The notes under the pieces were generated by a model. The model searched no databases and was not told the DNA's origin. It saw nothing but the letters and a program-made list of their open reading frames with translations. From Octopus sinensis (lineage: Eukaryota), in assembly GCF_006345805.1 (NCBI RefSeq), contig NC_043004.1:8680001-8744000 (forward strand): a stretch of DNA of 64,000 nt. The letters are read 5' to 3'. Shown here piece after piece: positions 62,681 to 64,000 of the stretch; within the stretch, counting starts at the first letter, position 1; each line of letters opens with the position of its first letter. Position numbers and translations under genes: made by a program.

Positions 62681-63599
62681 CTTTTGTCATGCCACCCGTA
62701 CTAGTGAAGTCACTGTGCAGCTGGTTAGAGGTCGAATAAAGTACCACTCAAGTACTGAGATTGAAGGGCTCCACCAGTTTTAAAATGCCCAATACACATT
62801 CATTTTAACATTCCTGTCATTCCATTAGAAGCTCTGGCTTAAAGTAAGGCATGGTATTATGGATATTAAGCTGAACATATGAGTGTAAGAATAAATGAAG
62901 AAAATGCAAAACCAAGAATAAAAATCATTTACTTAGAAAAAATACAATATTTCTTATATACAATCCAAATATTTTAAGAGATTATTTTCAGCAAGATTGT
63001 CACCTTTCAAGTCCTTGCTATACAATGAAGTATGGAGTGGAAATGATTGAGTACATAAAATGACCCCCCCCCAACCATGCTCTGCAATACAACCACATAC
63101 AAACCCATGTGGCCAGTTGTCCCTTAAAGCTGCAGCCATTGTCTATTTACTAGGTTGCCTTTGTATACTAGAAAACACAACATGGAGGACAGGACATATT
63201 TATTTTATTTACTAAATTAATTAACTTTGCTCTAAGATAATTTTAAAATCAAAACCTCCAGAGAGAACAAGTAGGCCTTGACAACAACCAACAGATCATA
63301 ATTTCAGCAGAACTGGGTCCCTTTCAGATTCTTACTTTCTCTTCAGAGAAAATTACTTATGGCCAAGAACCATGAGTCACACAAGACTGTCAGTGTTTCC
63401 AATGAAAAGCCTGTTTAAATGCAGGCTTATTTATGGAACAAGTTGTATTTCACCAAGTCACAGACCAAACTGTCAATCCACAAAGTGCTTACCACTCGGT
63501 ACCACAATCAACAACTCTGGCCAAAGAGAAATACATCATCAACATTATGTGAGAGAGATGGCAAAAACTAAAAGAGAATTGAGAAACAAGCAGCAATAA

Positions 63600-63990
63600 T
63601 GCATTTCTTGGTCAAATTTCCACAATCACACCATACATAATATGGTGCAGACAAAGGGAGATGGTGAATATGGTAACCCTAATAATACCCTGGGAAGTGA
63701 AAATCAAAGACACATTCCTCCAGGAAGACAGAGAAGTCGGTTGAACTCTGTGGAAACAATGGACGAGAGATGACGTGTCTTCCTGTAGAGATAAGGTGTT
63801 AGAAGATTTGTTGGAAGCAGGATTCACTTGGTGTTCAGGAGTCTTGGACTTGCTGCCAAGGAGAGAAAAAGATGCTGGTAGAAGATTGCCAGAAACTGTT
63901 GAGAAAGCAAGCTATTAAATCTGGCTCAAGAGAGAGAGGACGAGTGGTGGTGCAACAAGAATGAGAATTGAGGAAGATAGAAACATTTGA
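63600..63990 (+). mobile_element. RLE-type (HERO/NeSL-like) non-LTR retrotransposon C-terminal relic
   Basis: TITPYIIW...TLIIPWE...ELCGNNG...CLPVEIRC.RFVGS resembles 'LRPDIV.WS...ELTVPWE...C..G...C.PVEVGCRGF.G.S'. Confidence 0.7.
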
Positions 63991-64000
63991 CCCCAGACTG

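Overview
Repeat-rich, low-GC eukaryotic DNA. Octopus is my inference from the dense microsatellites and abundant tRNA-derived SINEs. One protein-coding gene can be reconstructed on the + strand: an adhesion GPCR of about 850 aa, with 19 phase-compatible GT-AG exons between 15306 and 41705. Its domain order is C-type lectin (EPN motif), Ser/Thr/His-rich stalk, hormone-receptor motif (HRM), GAIN/GPS with an intact HL|T cleavage site and TNFAILM Stachel, 7TM, and a 46-aa tail. The signal-peptide exon is unresolved; the best candidate (14580-14633) is one base out of phase. The rest is intronic or intergenic repeat: at least four SINE families (three loci are head-to-tail concatemers), non-autonomous Helitrons, a TA-flanked MITE, and decayed CR1, RTE, Dong/R4, HERO-like, Penelope, mariner and Tigger relics. 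There are several fold-back structures and hammerhead-ribozyme-like motifs, a 100-N gap at 1845-1944, and an abrupt CpG-depleted domain in the last 2 kb. Apart from the exons and transposon relics, the ORF-track entries are repeat artefacts or unsupported. I found no CRISPR array, rRNA or true tRNA.
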